Shown here piece by piece: positions 1 through 9,600 of a DNA stretch of 64,000 nt (the first letter of the stretch is position 1; each line of letters begins with the position of its first letter). The notes under the pieces were generated by a model. That model saw only the letters and a list, made by a program, of their open reading frames with translations. It did not search any database and was not told the DNA's origin. The position numbers and the translations under genes were made by a program. The stretch is from an uncultured virus (IMG/VR IMGVR_UViG_3300021375_000026). Its lineage: Duplodnaviria; Heunggongvirae; Uroviricota; Caudoviricetes. The stretch lies in the IMG/VR virus record IMGVR_UViG_3300021375_000026; one strand, written 5' to 3'.

Positions 1-1
1 A

Positions 2-772
2 CTAACTTTGTCCCAAAGGAAACAGAATGTTTCCGGTAAAGTAACTCCACAGGTTCATTCTCTAATGATGAGAGCAGTAGGTAGTAGACTTACTGCCTGC
101 TCTCTTGTCAAAGATGGGTTGTCGTCATTGACATTATTATCTATACCTTGTTCCGGTGCAGGAAACTTTGCTATATCTGATATAGAGGCTTTCTTAGGGG
201 CTTTGAAATATCACGGTGGTGTTATCAAATTAGAAATAGGTGAAGATAAAATTATCTTAAAATCATCTAACAAACAGACCACTATGACTTCATCAGATAA
301 GGCTTTAGCATTCCCTCATACATCTTCTAATGTTAATGAGTGGGAAGCAAAATCTGTAAGATTGGCTACTAAGATAGACTTACAAGATATTACTTATCAA
401 TTAAATAGTGGTGGTAAAAGAAAGCCTTTTGCTTCTTGGCTAGAGGTAGACACTACTACTTTATATGAAGCCTTTAGGTGTGATAATATGAACAACCAAA
501 GATACAACCTATACACAGTAACTTCTGATGAAAGAGGATTATGTGTGGAAGTAGGTAAGAACCTTAAAGGTAAAACTATCTCTCAAATTGACCCAAAACC
601 ACAGACTGTTTTTGAAGCAGTCTATATGGGTGGTTTAGAATATGTTTTTAAGGAGTTAACAGGTACAGCAAGCATACACTTCTTTGATTTCAGACCCGAA
701 GGGCAGGGTATCAGAATGCTAATTACATTAGGTGATGGCGACTTTATTTTCCAAGCAAGTAACTTGGGGTGA
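2..772 (+). CDS. Probable DNA sliding clamp (PCNA-like), likely 5'-truncated by the window edge
   Basis: Frame is open from base 2. About 255 aa with a beta-strand-rich pattern, directly upstream of PolB. Fold is inferred from size and context only. Confidence 0.45.
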   Translation, partial: LTLSQRKQNVSGKVTPQVHSLMMRAVGSRLTACSLVKDGLSSLTLLSIPCSGAGNFAISDIEAFLGALKYHGGVIKLEIGEDKIILKSSNKQTTMTSSDKALAFPHTSSNVNEWEAKSVRLATKIDLQDITYQLNSGGKRKPFASWLEVDTTTLYEAFRCDNMNNQRYNLYTVTSDERGLCVEVGKNLKGKTISQIDPKPQTVFEAVYMGGLEYVFKELTGTASIHFFDFRPEGQGIRMLITLGDGDFIFQASNLG

Positions 773-776
773 TTAA

Positions 777-1037
777 ATGGATTTAGAAATGACAGATTTA
801 GAATTAGGAAAAAACAAAAGAACGATTGATGGGTATGACGTAACTGTTACTATCATACCAACAGACACACAGCCTTTGTATAAAGACTACGAGTGGTTAA
901 GCGCACAGTACGTAAAGCATGGTAAAAATATGCAGACTATCGCTACTGAATGCGGCGTTACACCAATGTGTATCAATAATTGGCTACGCCGCCACAACAT
1001 TGATACCCGTAGTAGGGGCGCAAGAAAGGTGAATTGA
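777..1037 (+). CDS. Small HTH DNA-binding protein
   Basis: LYKDYEWLSAQYVKHGKNMQTIATECGVTPMCINNWLRRHNI is a helix-turn-helix pattern common in archaeal tailed viruses. GGGGTGA SD. Confidence 0.7.
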   Translation: MDLEMTDLELGKNKRTIDGYDVTVTIIPTDTQPLYKDYEWLSAQYVKHGKNMQTIATECGVTPMCINNWLRRHNIDTRSRGARKVN

Positions 1038-1038
1038 T

Positions 1039-1185
1039 ATGGTTAATTACACACAACGATGGCCTTCATGCGAAAGATGCGGCGCAACTTTCTCTTGGGT
1101 TTTCGTGGAACATATAGACAACGCAGAAATATATGAGTGTGAACATTGTAATGACCTTAAGATGTTTAGGCATGATGCAGAATGA
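1039..1185 (+). CDS. 48-aa 4-Cys zinc-finger micro-protein (not in ORF track)
   Basis: MVNYTQRWPSCERCGATF...YECEHCNDLKMFRHDAE*. GGTGA SD; ATGA overlap with the polB start. Confidence 0.7.
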   Translation: MVNYTQRWPSCERCGATFSWVFVEHIDNAEIYECEHCNDLKMFRHDAE

Positions 1186-3419
1186 TAGTTGAAAAGACTA
1201 ACGGAAGAAATGTTCTCATAAGGGCTAGAGATAAAAACGGTAAAAGATACGAGAAAACTATTAGTGGGTATTGGCCTTACTGCTATATGGAAGATGAGAA
1301 TGTACCATACGTAGCGGAAGCAGTTAGAACCGAAGCAGGTTACACAGGTCTGTATGGTGAATCTTTGACTAAAGTTTATTGTGCTACCCCTCACGATGTA
1401 AGGCAATTGTCTTATGCCGGTTCAACATGGGAGGCTAACGTACCATACACCAACAAGGTTCTTTGTGATTACATAAACGATGGTAATGAACCTATACCTA
1501 ACTATAAACATAGGACATGGTATTTAGATTGTGAATGGTCGCCAACGACAGGACACATGAGAGTTATTGTGGCCTATGATAATTTTACCGGAAAAGAATA
1601 TGTATGGTTCGTTGAGTCAACGCTTGCGACACAGGATTTGAAAGACGGTGAAGGAGTACCTTATTCTGAATTAGGTGAATATAAGTATGAAACTCCTGCT
1701 ATGGGATTCGCTAATGAGCGTTCAATGCTCATACATTTTATGAGAATACTAAAGAATTGCGACCCCGATATTATTACAGGGTGGTATGTGGTAGGTGCTG
1801 ACATAAAGCAGATAGTCGAGCGTACTAGAGCGTGTGGGCTACCTTCCTATGCCCTATCACCACTTAGGCGATTAAGGTATGAGTATGGTGATTGGGAACA
1901 ACCAATAGTGGGTAGGAATTGTATAGACTTGATGCTTGCTGTTTCTAAACTATGGGAAATGAAGAATGGAAAACTACCCTCTTACAAACTAAACGATGTA
2001 GCGGAAGAAATATTAGGAGAAAAGAAAGTAGAGTTAGAGAAAGGACACGATGAATCTTGGTATGAAGATAGAGATTTATACATACACTATTGTAGACAAG
2101 ACGTAAGACTACTACCTAAGTTAGACGATGCAGTAAATGCGTTAGATTACTATACTGCTTTACAACACATAGTACAATGTGAGATTAAGAGTACACCATT
2201 CATAACTAAGATGTTTACTAACTTAGTTTTAAGAGATAAAGACTTCGATAGAAAAATACCTACTCAACCTCAATTCGCTAAGGTGGATTATGAAGGCGCT
2301 GAGATTCTTAAGGTGGAAGCAGGAGTGTACGACAACGTAGGCATCCTAGACATACGTGCTATGTACCACTCTAATGCCGCTAAGTATAATATCAGTTGGG
2401 ATAGTTTAGACCCCGAAGGTGTGGACTGCGGCAACGGCTCTAAGTTTAGACAGGGTGAGAAAGGTTTACTTGTAAGACAAATGGAATTGATGACTAAGTT
2501 TAGAAATGAGTTTAAGATGAAAATGTTTCTGACGGAAGGTGATGAAAAGAAGAAGTGGGATTGTATGCAGTTTGCCGCTAAGACTTTGGTTGCATCTATG
2601 TACGGTGTGGCAGGAGATGCTAAGTTTGGTATGTATCACCCCGAAATAGCGGCGGCTATCACATACACATCGAGAGAGACACTAGGTCAACTTATGGAGA
2701 ATGCTAGAGATGTAGGATTCGATGTCATCTATGGACATACTGATTCTGTATTTTGTGTCATACCTACACCCGAAGAAGGGTTAGAAAAGTTAGGGTTGAT
2801 TAATGAGAGAATGCACCCTATCGTAACCGAGTTTGAGAAGTGGTGTTCTCGTATAATAATGGTGGCTAAGAATAGATATACAGGTATGGTTACTTGGACT
2901 GATGGTGAGTATCACGAACCAAACATTTACGTTAAAGGTATTGAGATGAAACAAAGCAGGATGCCACCTGTTATGAAGGCGGCTATGTTAGATACTATTA
3001 CCGGAATATTAACTAATGAACAAGAGTCTGCTGTAACTGATAGACTATCTACTATGGTGGATTCAGTAATCAAGGGAGAAACAGACCCAATAGACCTATG
3101 TATGAAGGGTAAATTAGAAAGAGATATAAGCCAATATAAGGTATTGTCCGGCTCATCAGCAGGTGCGGCTTGGGCTAACGAATATCTAGGTAAAGGATAT
3201 AGAAAAGGCTCATTCTTTTTAGTTACCTTAAATGAAAATGGTAAGTATATAGCATTCGATAATCCGAAAGATGTCGAGGATATAGAAACCATAGGTACTA
3301 AGGTTATGGTAGATAGATTTGTCATAAAAAAAATAAAGCCATACTTTGATTTGGCAGGATGGAGTACTCAACCCATAGAAAATGCTAGGAATGGTTTAGC
3401 AGATATGAGTTGGGTGTAA
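1182..3419 (+). CDS. polB: Family B DNA polymerase
   Basis: ExoI YLDCEW, ExoII-like GWYVVGAD, ExoIII YCRQDV, motif A ILDIRAMYHS, motif B KTLVASMYG, motif C YGHTDS, KNRY, VKGIE. Confidence 0.95.
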   Translation: MIVEKTNGRNVLIRARDKNGKRYEKTISGYWPYCYMEDENVPYVAEAVRTEAGYTGLYGESLTKVYCATPHDVRQLSYAGSTWEANVPYTNKVLCDYINDGNEPIPNYKHRTWYLDCEWSPTTGHMRVIVAYDNFTGKEYVWFVESTLATQDLKDGEGVPYSELGEYKYETPAMGFANERSMLIHFMRILKNCDPDIITGWYVVGADIKQIVERTRACGLPSYALSPLRRLRYEYGDWEQPIVGRNCIDLMLAVSKLWEMKNGKLPSYKLNDVAEEILGEKKVELEKGHDESWYEDRDLYIHYCRQDVRLLPKLDDAVNALDYYTALQHIVQCEIKSTPFITKMFTNLVLRDKDFDRKIPTQPQFAKVDYEGAEILKVEAGVYDNVGILDIRAMYHSNAAKYNISWDSLDPEGVDCGNGSKFRQGEKGLLVRQMELMTKFRNEFKMKMFLTEGDEKKKWDCMQFAAKTLVASMYGVAGDAKFGMYHPEIAAAITYTSRETLGQLMENARDVGFDVIYGHTDSVFCVIPTPEEGLEKLGLINERMHPIVTEFEKWCSRIIMVAKNRYTGMVTWTDGEYHEPNIYVKGIEMKQSRMPPVMKAAMLDTITGILTNEQESAVTDRLSTMVDSVIKGETDPIDLCMKGKLERDISQYKVLSGSSAGAAWANEYLGKGYRKGSFFLVTLNENGKYIAFDNPKDVEDIETIGTKVMVDRFVIKKIKPYFDLAGWSTQPIENARNGLADMSWV

Positions 3420-3452
3420 AGTTTATAACGGTAATACAAGGGTGAAAATAAT

Positions 3453-3737
3453 ATGAAAGACGAAGATTTAGAGATGTTTATGCGAGAAACGGTAAAGGTG
3501 ATTCAATACATGGGTAACGATGTAATGAAATTACAGATGATGTTCTATAATTTATTAGATGACATGGGTAAAATGGATAGGGTAATCTGTCCTTCATGCA
3601 ACGAAGAAGTTATCAGACCTATACTACCTAACATACCACTAGAAGATGTTTGCCCGTCATGCGGTGAAGGTTTGTTTGACAAAAACCAAATGTCTATTGA
3701 CGATTGGGATAACGGAATAACAAGAGAAGAAGAGTGA
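3453..3737 (+). CDS. Zn-ribbon protein (CPSC...CPSCG)
   Basis: Two CPxC motifs; GGTGA SD. Confidence 0.7.
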   Translation: MKDEDLEMFMRETVKVIQYMGNDVMKLQMMFYNLLDDMGKMDRVICPSCNEEVIRPILPNIPLEDVCPSCGEGLFDKNQMSIDDWDNGITREEE

Positions 3738-3741
3738 AACT

Positions 3742-4569
3742 ATGCTTTCTTCATATAACCCTGCTGATGAAGGCGCACTAAGAGTTAGTAAGTCATCGTT
3801 TATGACATACAAGATGTGTCCACGACAATTCTATTGGAGATACATAGCAGATATACCTACTGTGCCGCCAACGGAAGAAATGATTCGTGGTGTCGCCATA
3901 CATAATGTTATGGAGAGAGGTTTATTAGACGGTGCAGATGTGCTGATGGAAGCGGCGAAACAAGAAGGTGTAGCAGACGATGATGGAGTTGATTCATTAA
4001 ACCTTCTATTGCATCAGATAGCACACGACATGGGTGGCTTGGAAGTAGTAGAGGCAGAAGTGAAGCACGAAGTCTATGAAGAATTGAACGGGCAACCTAT
4101 TGTATGGGTCGGTCTTATAGATGGTGTGTTAAAGCATCCCGAAACAGGAAAACTAATCTTGGTGGAATTAAAGACGGGTAATATGTCTATGTCTAAACTA
4201 GGTAGGACTAGAAAGGAATTAGTGTATTATACTAGGTTGTTGAGAAAGTTAGATTACGAAGAGGTATCGCACTTCTTATACATTAGCCCCGACTACGAAT
4301 ATGACGTAGAAGATAAATTAATACTAGAGGGTAATAAAAGAGGAAAGACCATGTGGATTGGTGCTGAGAAGGGCTTCGCTCTTTTAGAGCCATTTAGAGA
4401 GAGGTCGTATAAAATATTTGAGGAATCATTATATGACACTATTGAGTCTCTTACTTCCCAACAATGGCCTATGAATTGGAATGATTACTTCTGTCCAATG
4501 TGGTGTGATTTTTCACTAGATTGTGAGGCAGAATTGAACGGCATTAAGGAGTGGAATATAGATGAATAA
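3742..4569 (+). CDS. Cas4/RecB-like PD-(D/E)xK exonuclease with Fe-S cluster
   Basis: N-terminal CPRQF, G.AIH, GLIDG, VELKTG, C-terminal CPMWCDFSLDC. Confidence 0.85.
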   Translation: MLSSYNPADEGALRVSKSSFMTYKMCPRQFYWRYIADIPTVPPTEEMIRGVAIHNVMERGLLDGADVLMEAAKQEGVADDDGVDSLNLLLHQIAHDMGGLEVVEAEVKHEVYEELNGQPIVWVGLIDGVLKHPETGKLILVELKTGNMSMSKLGRTRKELVYYTRLLRKLDYEEVSHFLYISPDYEYDVEDKLILEGNKRGKTMWIGAEKGFALLEPFRERSYKIFEESLYDTIESLTSQQWPMNWNDYFCPMWCDFSLDCEAELNGIKEWNIDE

Positions 4570-4729
4570 ACCGGAAATTATATGTCAATCATGCGGTAAA
4601 ATGGATGCTTGGGAAGGCGAGGAAGAAGTTTGGAGAGTAACAGGACAGGAAGGACACAAGCCGGAATTAATGCTTCTATTGGCTTGTTCCTGTGGTGCTA
4701 CCTATACTTTTGCGGTAAAAGAAGAGTGA
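4562..4729 (+). CDS. 55-aa 4-Cys zinc-finger micro-protein (not in ORF track)
   Basis: MNKPEIICQSCGKMDAWEG...LLACSCGATYTFAVKEE*. Fills the gap between the nuclease and primase genes. Confidence 0.7.
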   Translation: MNKPEIICQSCGKMDAWEGEEEVWRVTGQEGHKPELMLLLACSCGATYTFAVKEE

Positions 4730-4734
4730 TTATT

Positions 4735-5742
4735 ATGCTTCTGTTTCCGAGAGAGATTGGGCTTCGCCGTTCTCAATGCTTTTCCCGTAAAACTTTTGAT
4801 GATTACATAGATAAAGTAAACGGTAAAGCGTCTTGCTACACATCTTTGTATGCTTTTCAAAGAAAAGACCCTACTAGACCTTGGAAATATGACGTTGAGA
4901 GCGTCATTATGGATAGAGCATGGTGGGATTTTGATATTGAAGAGGGCGGCTCTATGGATGATGTAAAGAATGATGTTGCTACGCTCATATCTCGTTTAGA
5001 CGGTGATGTGAGGACTGTCTTTACAGGTAGGGGGTTTCATATACATCAGATGTTTAAGCGGCCTGTAATCGGTACAAGTATTGCTAGGCACATAGACAGG
5101 TATGAAAGAAGCGTGGCTAGTGATTTGGCTACTTTAGACGGCGTAGGGCATCCACAAAAATTAACAAGAATACCCAACACATATAATACAAAAAGAAGTA
5201 AGTGGGCTGTAAATATACCTACGTTAGATTTCATCAAAGACCCGTTGAATTACGACATACCTACCACACCTAATAGGGAGTATGATATATATGACCCGTT
5301 TAGAGGTAGGGCTGTGGATAGCGAGTTTGATATAGTCAAATGGATTTCTAATAACCCTATACCTAAAGACCTACATAGTAATGTATTTCATGGTGAGATA
5401 ACTTCTTCCGGCCAAATACCTATACCACCGTGTATAGCCTCGGCCATGACGCATGAGAACCCAAAACACCCTGTTAGGTTGGCTCTAGGGTATCATCTAG
5501 TCGAGAATCTTAGGTTGTTTGCCGACCCAAAAACATTGACTACAACAGACAAAAGAAAGATAGTTGATGAAGCAGTTGCTTTTATCGAAAAATTAAATTG
5601 GAGAGATTTCAAACCTAGTATGTCTAGGATGCAATTGTTTTCTATTATAGACCACGAACAGCCACCGTCTTGTTCTTGGCTATCCGCTAACGTAGGATGT
5701 AAAGGTTCTTGTTGGAGAGATGACGGTACAAGGAGAGTATAA
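4735..5742 (+). CDS. Archaeo-eukaryotic primase; PriS catalytic domain fused to a PriL-like C-terminal Fe-S domain (start reassigned to ATG 4735)
   Basis: WWDFD, FTGRGFH, LTRIPNT catalytic motifs. C-terminal IPPCI...H..RLAL...PPSC...GCKGSC. Confidence 0.85.
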   Translation: MLLFPREIGLRRSQCFSRKTFDDYIDKVNGKASCYTSLYAFQRKDPTRPWKYDVESVIMDRAWWDFDIEEGGSMDDVKNDVATLISRLDGDVRTVFTGRGFHIHQMFKRPVIGTSIARHIDRYERSVASDLATLDGVGHPQKLTRIPNTYNTKRSKWAVNIPTLDFIKDPLNYDIPTTPNREYDIYDPFRGRAVDSEFDIVKWISNNPIPKDLHSNVFHGEITSSGQIPIPPCIASAMTHENPKHPVRLALGYHLVENLRLFADPKTLTTTDKRKIVDEAVAFIEKLNWRDFKPSMSRMQLFSIIDHEQPPSCSWLSANVGCKGSCWRDDGTRRV

Positions 5743-5744
5743 AA

Positions 5745-5903
5745 ATGATGAACCTAATTAGTTTAACCGAAAAAGAAATGGAAGCCTGCACTATATGTCA
5801 TAACGCTTGGACACTAAAAACTTCAAGAGAAAAGTACTGTGGTGATTGTAATTCACACATCATTATATTAGAGGATGAGGTTTACCATACACTAGGATGG
5901 TAG
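5745..5903 (+). CDS. 52-aa 4-Cys micro-protein (not in ORF track)
   Basis: MMNLISLTEKEMEACTICHNAW...YCGDCNSH...GW*. AGGAG SD; fills the intergenic gap. Confidence 0.6.
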   Translation: MMNLISLTEKEMEACTICHNAWTLKTSREKYCGDCNSHIIILEDEVYHTLGW

Positions 5904-5904
5904 G

Positions 5905-6612
5905 ATGTTACTAGTCGATGATAGAGAAAACCCCAAAGTAATTAACAAGTTGTTAATGCGTATGGGAGAAAATAACGTAAAAGTATGTAGAATGGTGAGT
6001 GCAGATTATGCTATGGGTACTTGGGGTGTTGAGGCTAAAGAAATTAACGACCTTTTTCGTTCCATTCTTGGTATTGGTCGCAATAGAACTATCGTTTCTC
6101 AGTTGAGAGACTTACAGGATAACTACGACAACCCCGTACTAGTAGTCTATGGTGCAAAGTTAAAACCTTGGGTAGCCACCGGAAGGCCATCAGCGAAACA
6201 AATTGCTACCGAAATGTCTCGTATGAAAAAAGTAAATACACAATTCAAAATGACATTTCATCAAAGATTCCCTAAAATTAAGTATATGGAATTGAATACT
6301 ATGGATGAGTTTGTTGAGTGGTTGGTAGTAAATCACACCCAACTAGGCATGGCTTTCTCAAATCACGATTCAGACACACAACGGGCTATAAAAAAAGGAG
6401 AATTAGACCCTCGTATCGCATTTCTTTCTTCCGTAAAAGGAGTTACACCCACTATGGCTCAAGATTTACTAGAAGAGTTTGGTAGCATACCTAAACTACT
6501 TAGGCTTAGGACTACACAAAAAGCAGTTATGGCTGTCAAAGGTGTGGGTAGACAAAGAGCGCAGGATATACTAGCCCTAAGAGATAACCTAGAAGATGTA
6601 CCACTCAAGTGA
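5905..6612 (+). CDS. ERCC4/XPF-type structure-specific nuclease with C-terminal HhH
   Basis: LLVDDRE, ADY, VEAKEINDL, then VKGVTP...LLEEFGS...VKGVG HhH pair. Confidence 0.85.
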   Translation: MLLVDDRENPKVINKLLMRMGENNVKVCRMVSADYAMGTWGVEAKEINDLFRSILGIGRNRTIVSQLRDLQDNYDNPVLVVYGAKLKPWVATGRPSAKQIATEMSRMKKVNTQFKMTFHQRFPKIKYMELNTMDEFVEWLVVNHTQLGMAFSNHDSDTQRAIKKGELDPRIAFLSSVKGVTPTMAQDLLEEFGSIPKLLRLRTTQKAVMAVKGVGRQRAQDILALRDNLEDVPLK

Positions 6613-9600
6613 GAGTAGAAAACTTAGCGGAAGAAGAAGAGGTGTGTGCAGAAGCACGTTCCATTTTAACATCCAAATTATGTAGTATTATAGATGTCTC
6701 GTTGGCTGTATCTTTTCCTGTATTGGGTTTTCTAGTTAGTGTTACCCTAATATTATTACCAATAGTATTGAGTCCTTTTAGTGGGGTAGTTGGTATTAGG
6801 GTAATTGTTTTTCTATCTATGCCTCTACTTATATTTACCGTATTACTTATAGTACTACCACTTTCTATACAATGTACATCTATGTATAATATACCATAGT
6901 CTGTATTAGATAAAAACTCACCATGACTAACTGATGCAGTTATTTTTACCCTGTTACTTAATACATCTTGAGGTACTACAAATGATGTTTGAATAGATAC
7001 TTCTTGACTTTTAATTGACGAACTATCGCTGTTTTGTAAACCCACACCCGCAAAAACATACCCTTCCGATACCATTGAGGCAGTACCACTTATTGCACTT
7101 ACATTCATGCTACTCATACCTCTCATAGACGAAGGGGTTGGGGGTATTGGTGTTTGGCCTAATATACTAAACCTAGAGTCTCCCGATAACATATCGCTTA
7201 CGAGATTCATTCTATTATTATTAGTTAATGATGGGGTATTTTTCCTCTTAGAAAAACTTGCCGTTGCTTCTTCGCTACCATCTTCTTTACCACCTTCTGT
7301 TTTTTGGTTGTCATCGTTTATATCTTCATTAGGTGGGTTGGTAGGTATAGGTACATAACCTCCTTGTCCATAAACCCCTTGACTAACGCCTGTTGATTGG
7401 CCTTGAGATTGAGAAGTACCTACTTGTAAGTTTTGGTTAACTTCGGGAAAGAGAGAAGAGATTAAGCCATTAACAGCAATAGACTCATCTCTCTCTAAAT
7501 CCATACTTACTTCTTCTGTTCTACCGGCAGAAATATTCCAATTTACTTTTTGTATAATTAGATTTTCAGAAGTTAATCCTAAACCTAAATCAGTAAACGA
7601 AACGTAAGTAGCGGGGGTGTAAGAAACATCTCTTGTTATCAAAACTTTAGGTGCATACCATTCTGCCCTAGTAGTTTTGAAACCACCCATTTCAGTATAT
7701 TCTCTCATACCTAGAGGAAATATGGAGTTTGTATTTGTTGTAACTACTTTTAGAATATTTACACTAGTAGGGTTGCCACATCTATGACGCAACAAAGCCC
7801 TACAATATTCTGCGTTAAAACTAACTACCATATTACCTACGCTTGTGTCGCTATATGTCGAAGGTAAAGCCAACTCATAAAAACCACTATGTTTTACATT
7901 TACACTTGCAGCACTTTTGTTTGTTGGGTGAATTGCCCTAGTTTCACCGACAAAAGAATAATCCGCTACGTGTATAGTGAACTCAGCATTGTCTATATCT
8001 GTTCCTGTTTGAGTGCTTTTTAAGTCTACCCACATACGCATAGGCTCTCCATAATTGTCGCTAACAAATGGTGTGTTATCGGGTATATGCACTATTTGTA
8101 CGGCGTTAGATATAGACCCACTACCGTACCAATAATAGTTATCTTCCCAAGGAATATCACCACTTGTAGCGGGAGATTTGCTTATACCATATCTTGAATA
8201 CAAATTAGTAGATGTTTTTTGGTTGCCGTCTAAAGCATTTACCATACCATTAAACAAAGCCCCACCTGTACCTAATCTACTCCAATTACATACCTTAGTA
8301 TAGTCATCATCTGTACCTTCTAAGGCAACGTAAGAATCTGCTATGTAACCATACCTACCCGTACCTATCATTTTGTATTTTTCATGTGGTTCTAATATAG
8401 GCTCAACATTTATTTTTAGTGGGCTATTTTTGTATGTGTTATATTGTTGTTTTGCTAAAACTTGTGCTTCAAAACTTTGAGTTATGGTAGGGTGTTCTAA
8501 TATTTTCCATCTAGTAGTATCTGTCATATTTGGGTTAGGATAATCAACAAAACTTTTACCATTATTATAATATACCCTAACATTAGTAATTTGGGCGCTA
8601 GACGTTGTCTGTAAATTATTTACTTTCATGTTACTTCTAGTTAAACTCTTACTACTATTATACTTAGGTCTAAACTCTAATCTATTATCTCTACCAATAA
8701 GATAAGAAAAAGATATGTTATTATTATTTTCTGTGCCTATGCCACTATTTGTCTTAATTGTTTTTATAGTACTTAAAAATGTTTTTCCCCTACTGTCTAC
8801 TATTGACCCATAACCATCATTATTATTAATAGAATTGTAAGTAGTCATCGTAGAAGTTATAGGTATATTATTAATATCGTAAATTGATTTTACTGTTGTT
8901 GGTGGCAACCAAGTGTCCATAATTGCAGCATTCCATAATGTTCTAAACTTATCGCTTTCCCAAAAAGTACCACTATTTTTGTTTTTTATGTCACCTCTTA
9001 CGTGCATTAACAAACGCAACATAAATTGGCTGTGGACAGTAGCATGAACTTCGTAAGAGTCGGGTGTAGTACTATCATCTGTTAAATCATAATCAGTAAT
9101 AATTCCGTAATCATCCCAAGTTTGGCCGGTTGCTGAATGTGCATCCCAAATAGCCTGTTCTAAAGATGTTAAGTCCGTTTCTGCGCTTACGCTTATATTA
9201 TCTTCTTCTATCATAAATATTTTACCTAATTGTATAGGTACTTCGTATGTATCTCCGGCAGCCCATGTACCACTTACGTTTAGATTTTCTTCGTCAACTA
9301 CATCTATAATATATTCTCTTGTATACACACCACCTGTTATTTTTTTAATTAACATACCGTTTTTTAATCCGGCAGTAACATGACCTGCACTAGCATTTGT
9401 AATTTTTGTTCCGTCTGTTATTGATGTTATTGAATCTACCGAAGATGGAGAAGTGTATTTTGTGCCTAATTTATTATTCCAAACAAAGTAAAAAGTATCT
9501 TTTTTATTTGGGAAAACAGTAATTAATTTACCTACCCCCGTGTCATCAAACTTACTTACATCATCAACAGGTATTCCTTTATCACCTTTTATAAATCCTT

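Noticed and set aside
3742..4569. CRISPR-Cas system implied by the Cas4-like gene
   Set aside because: No cas1/cas2 or array; solo Cas4-like nucleases are common in archaeal virus replication modules.
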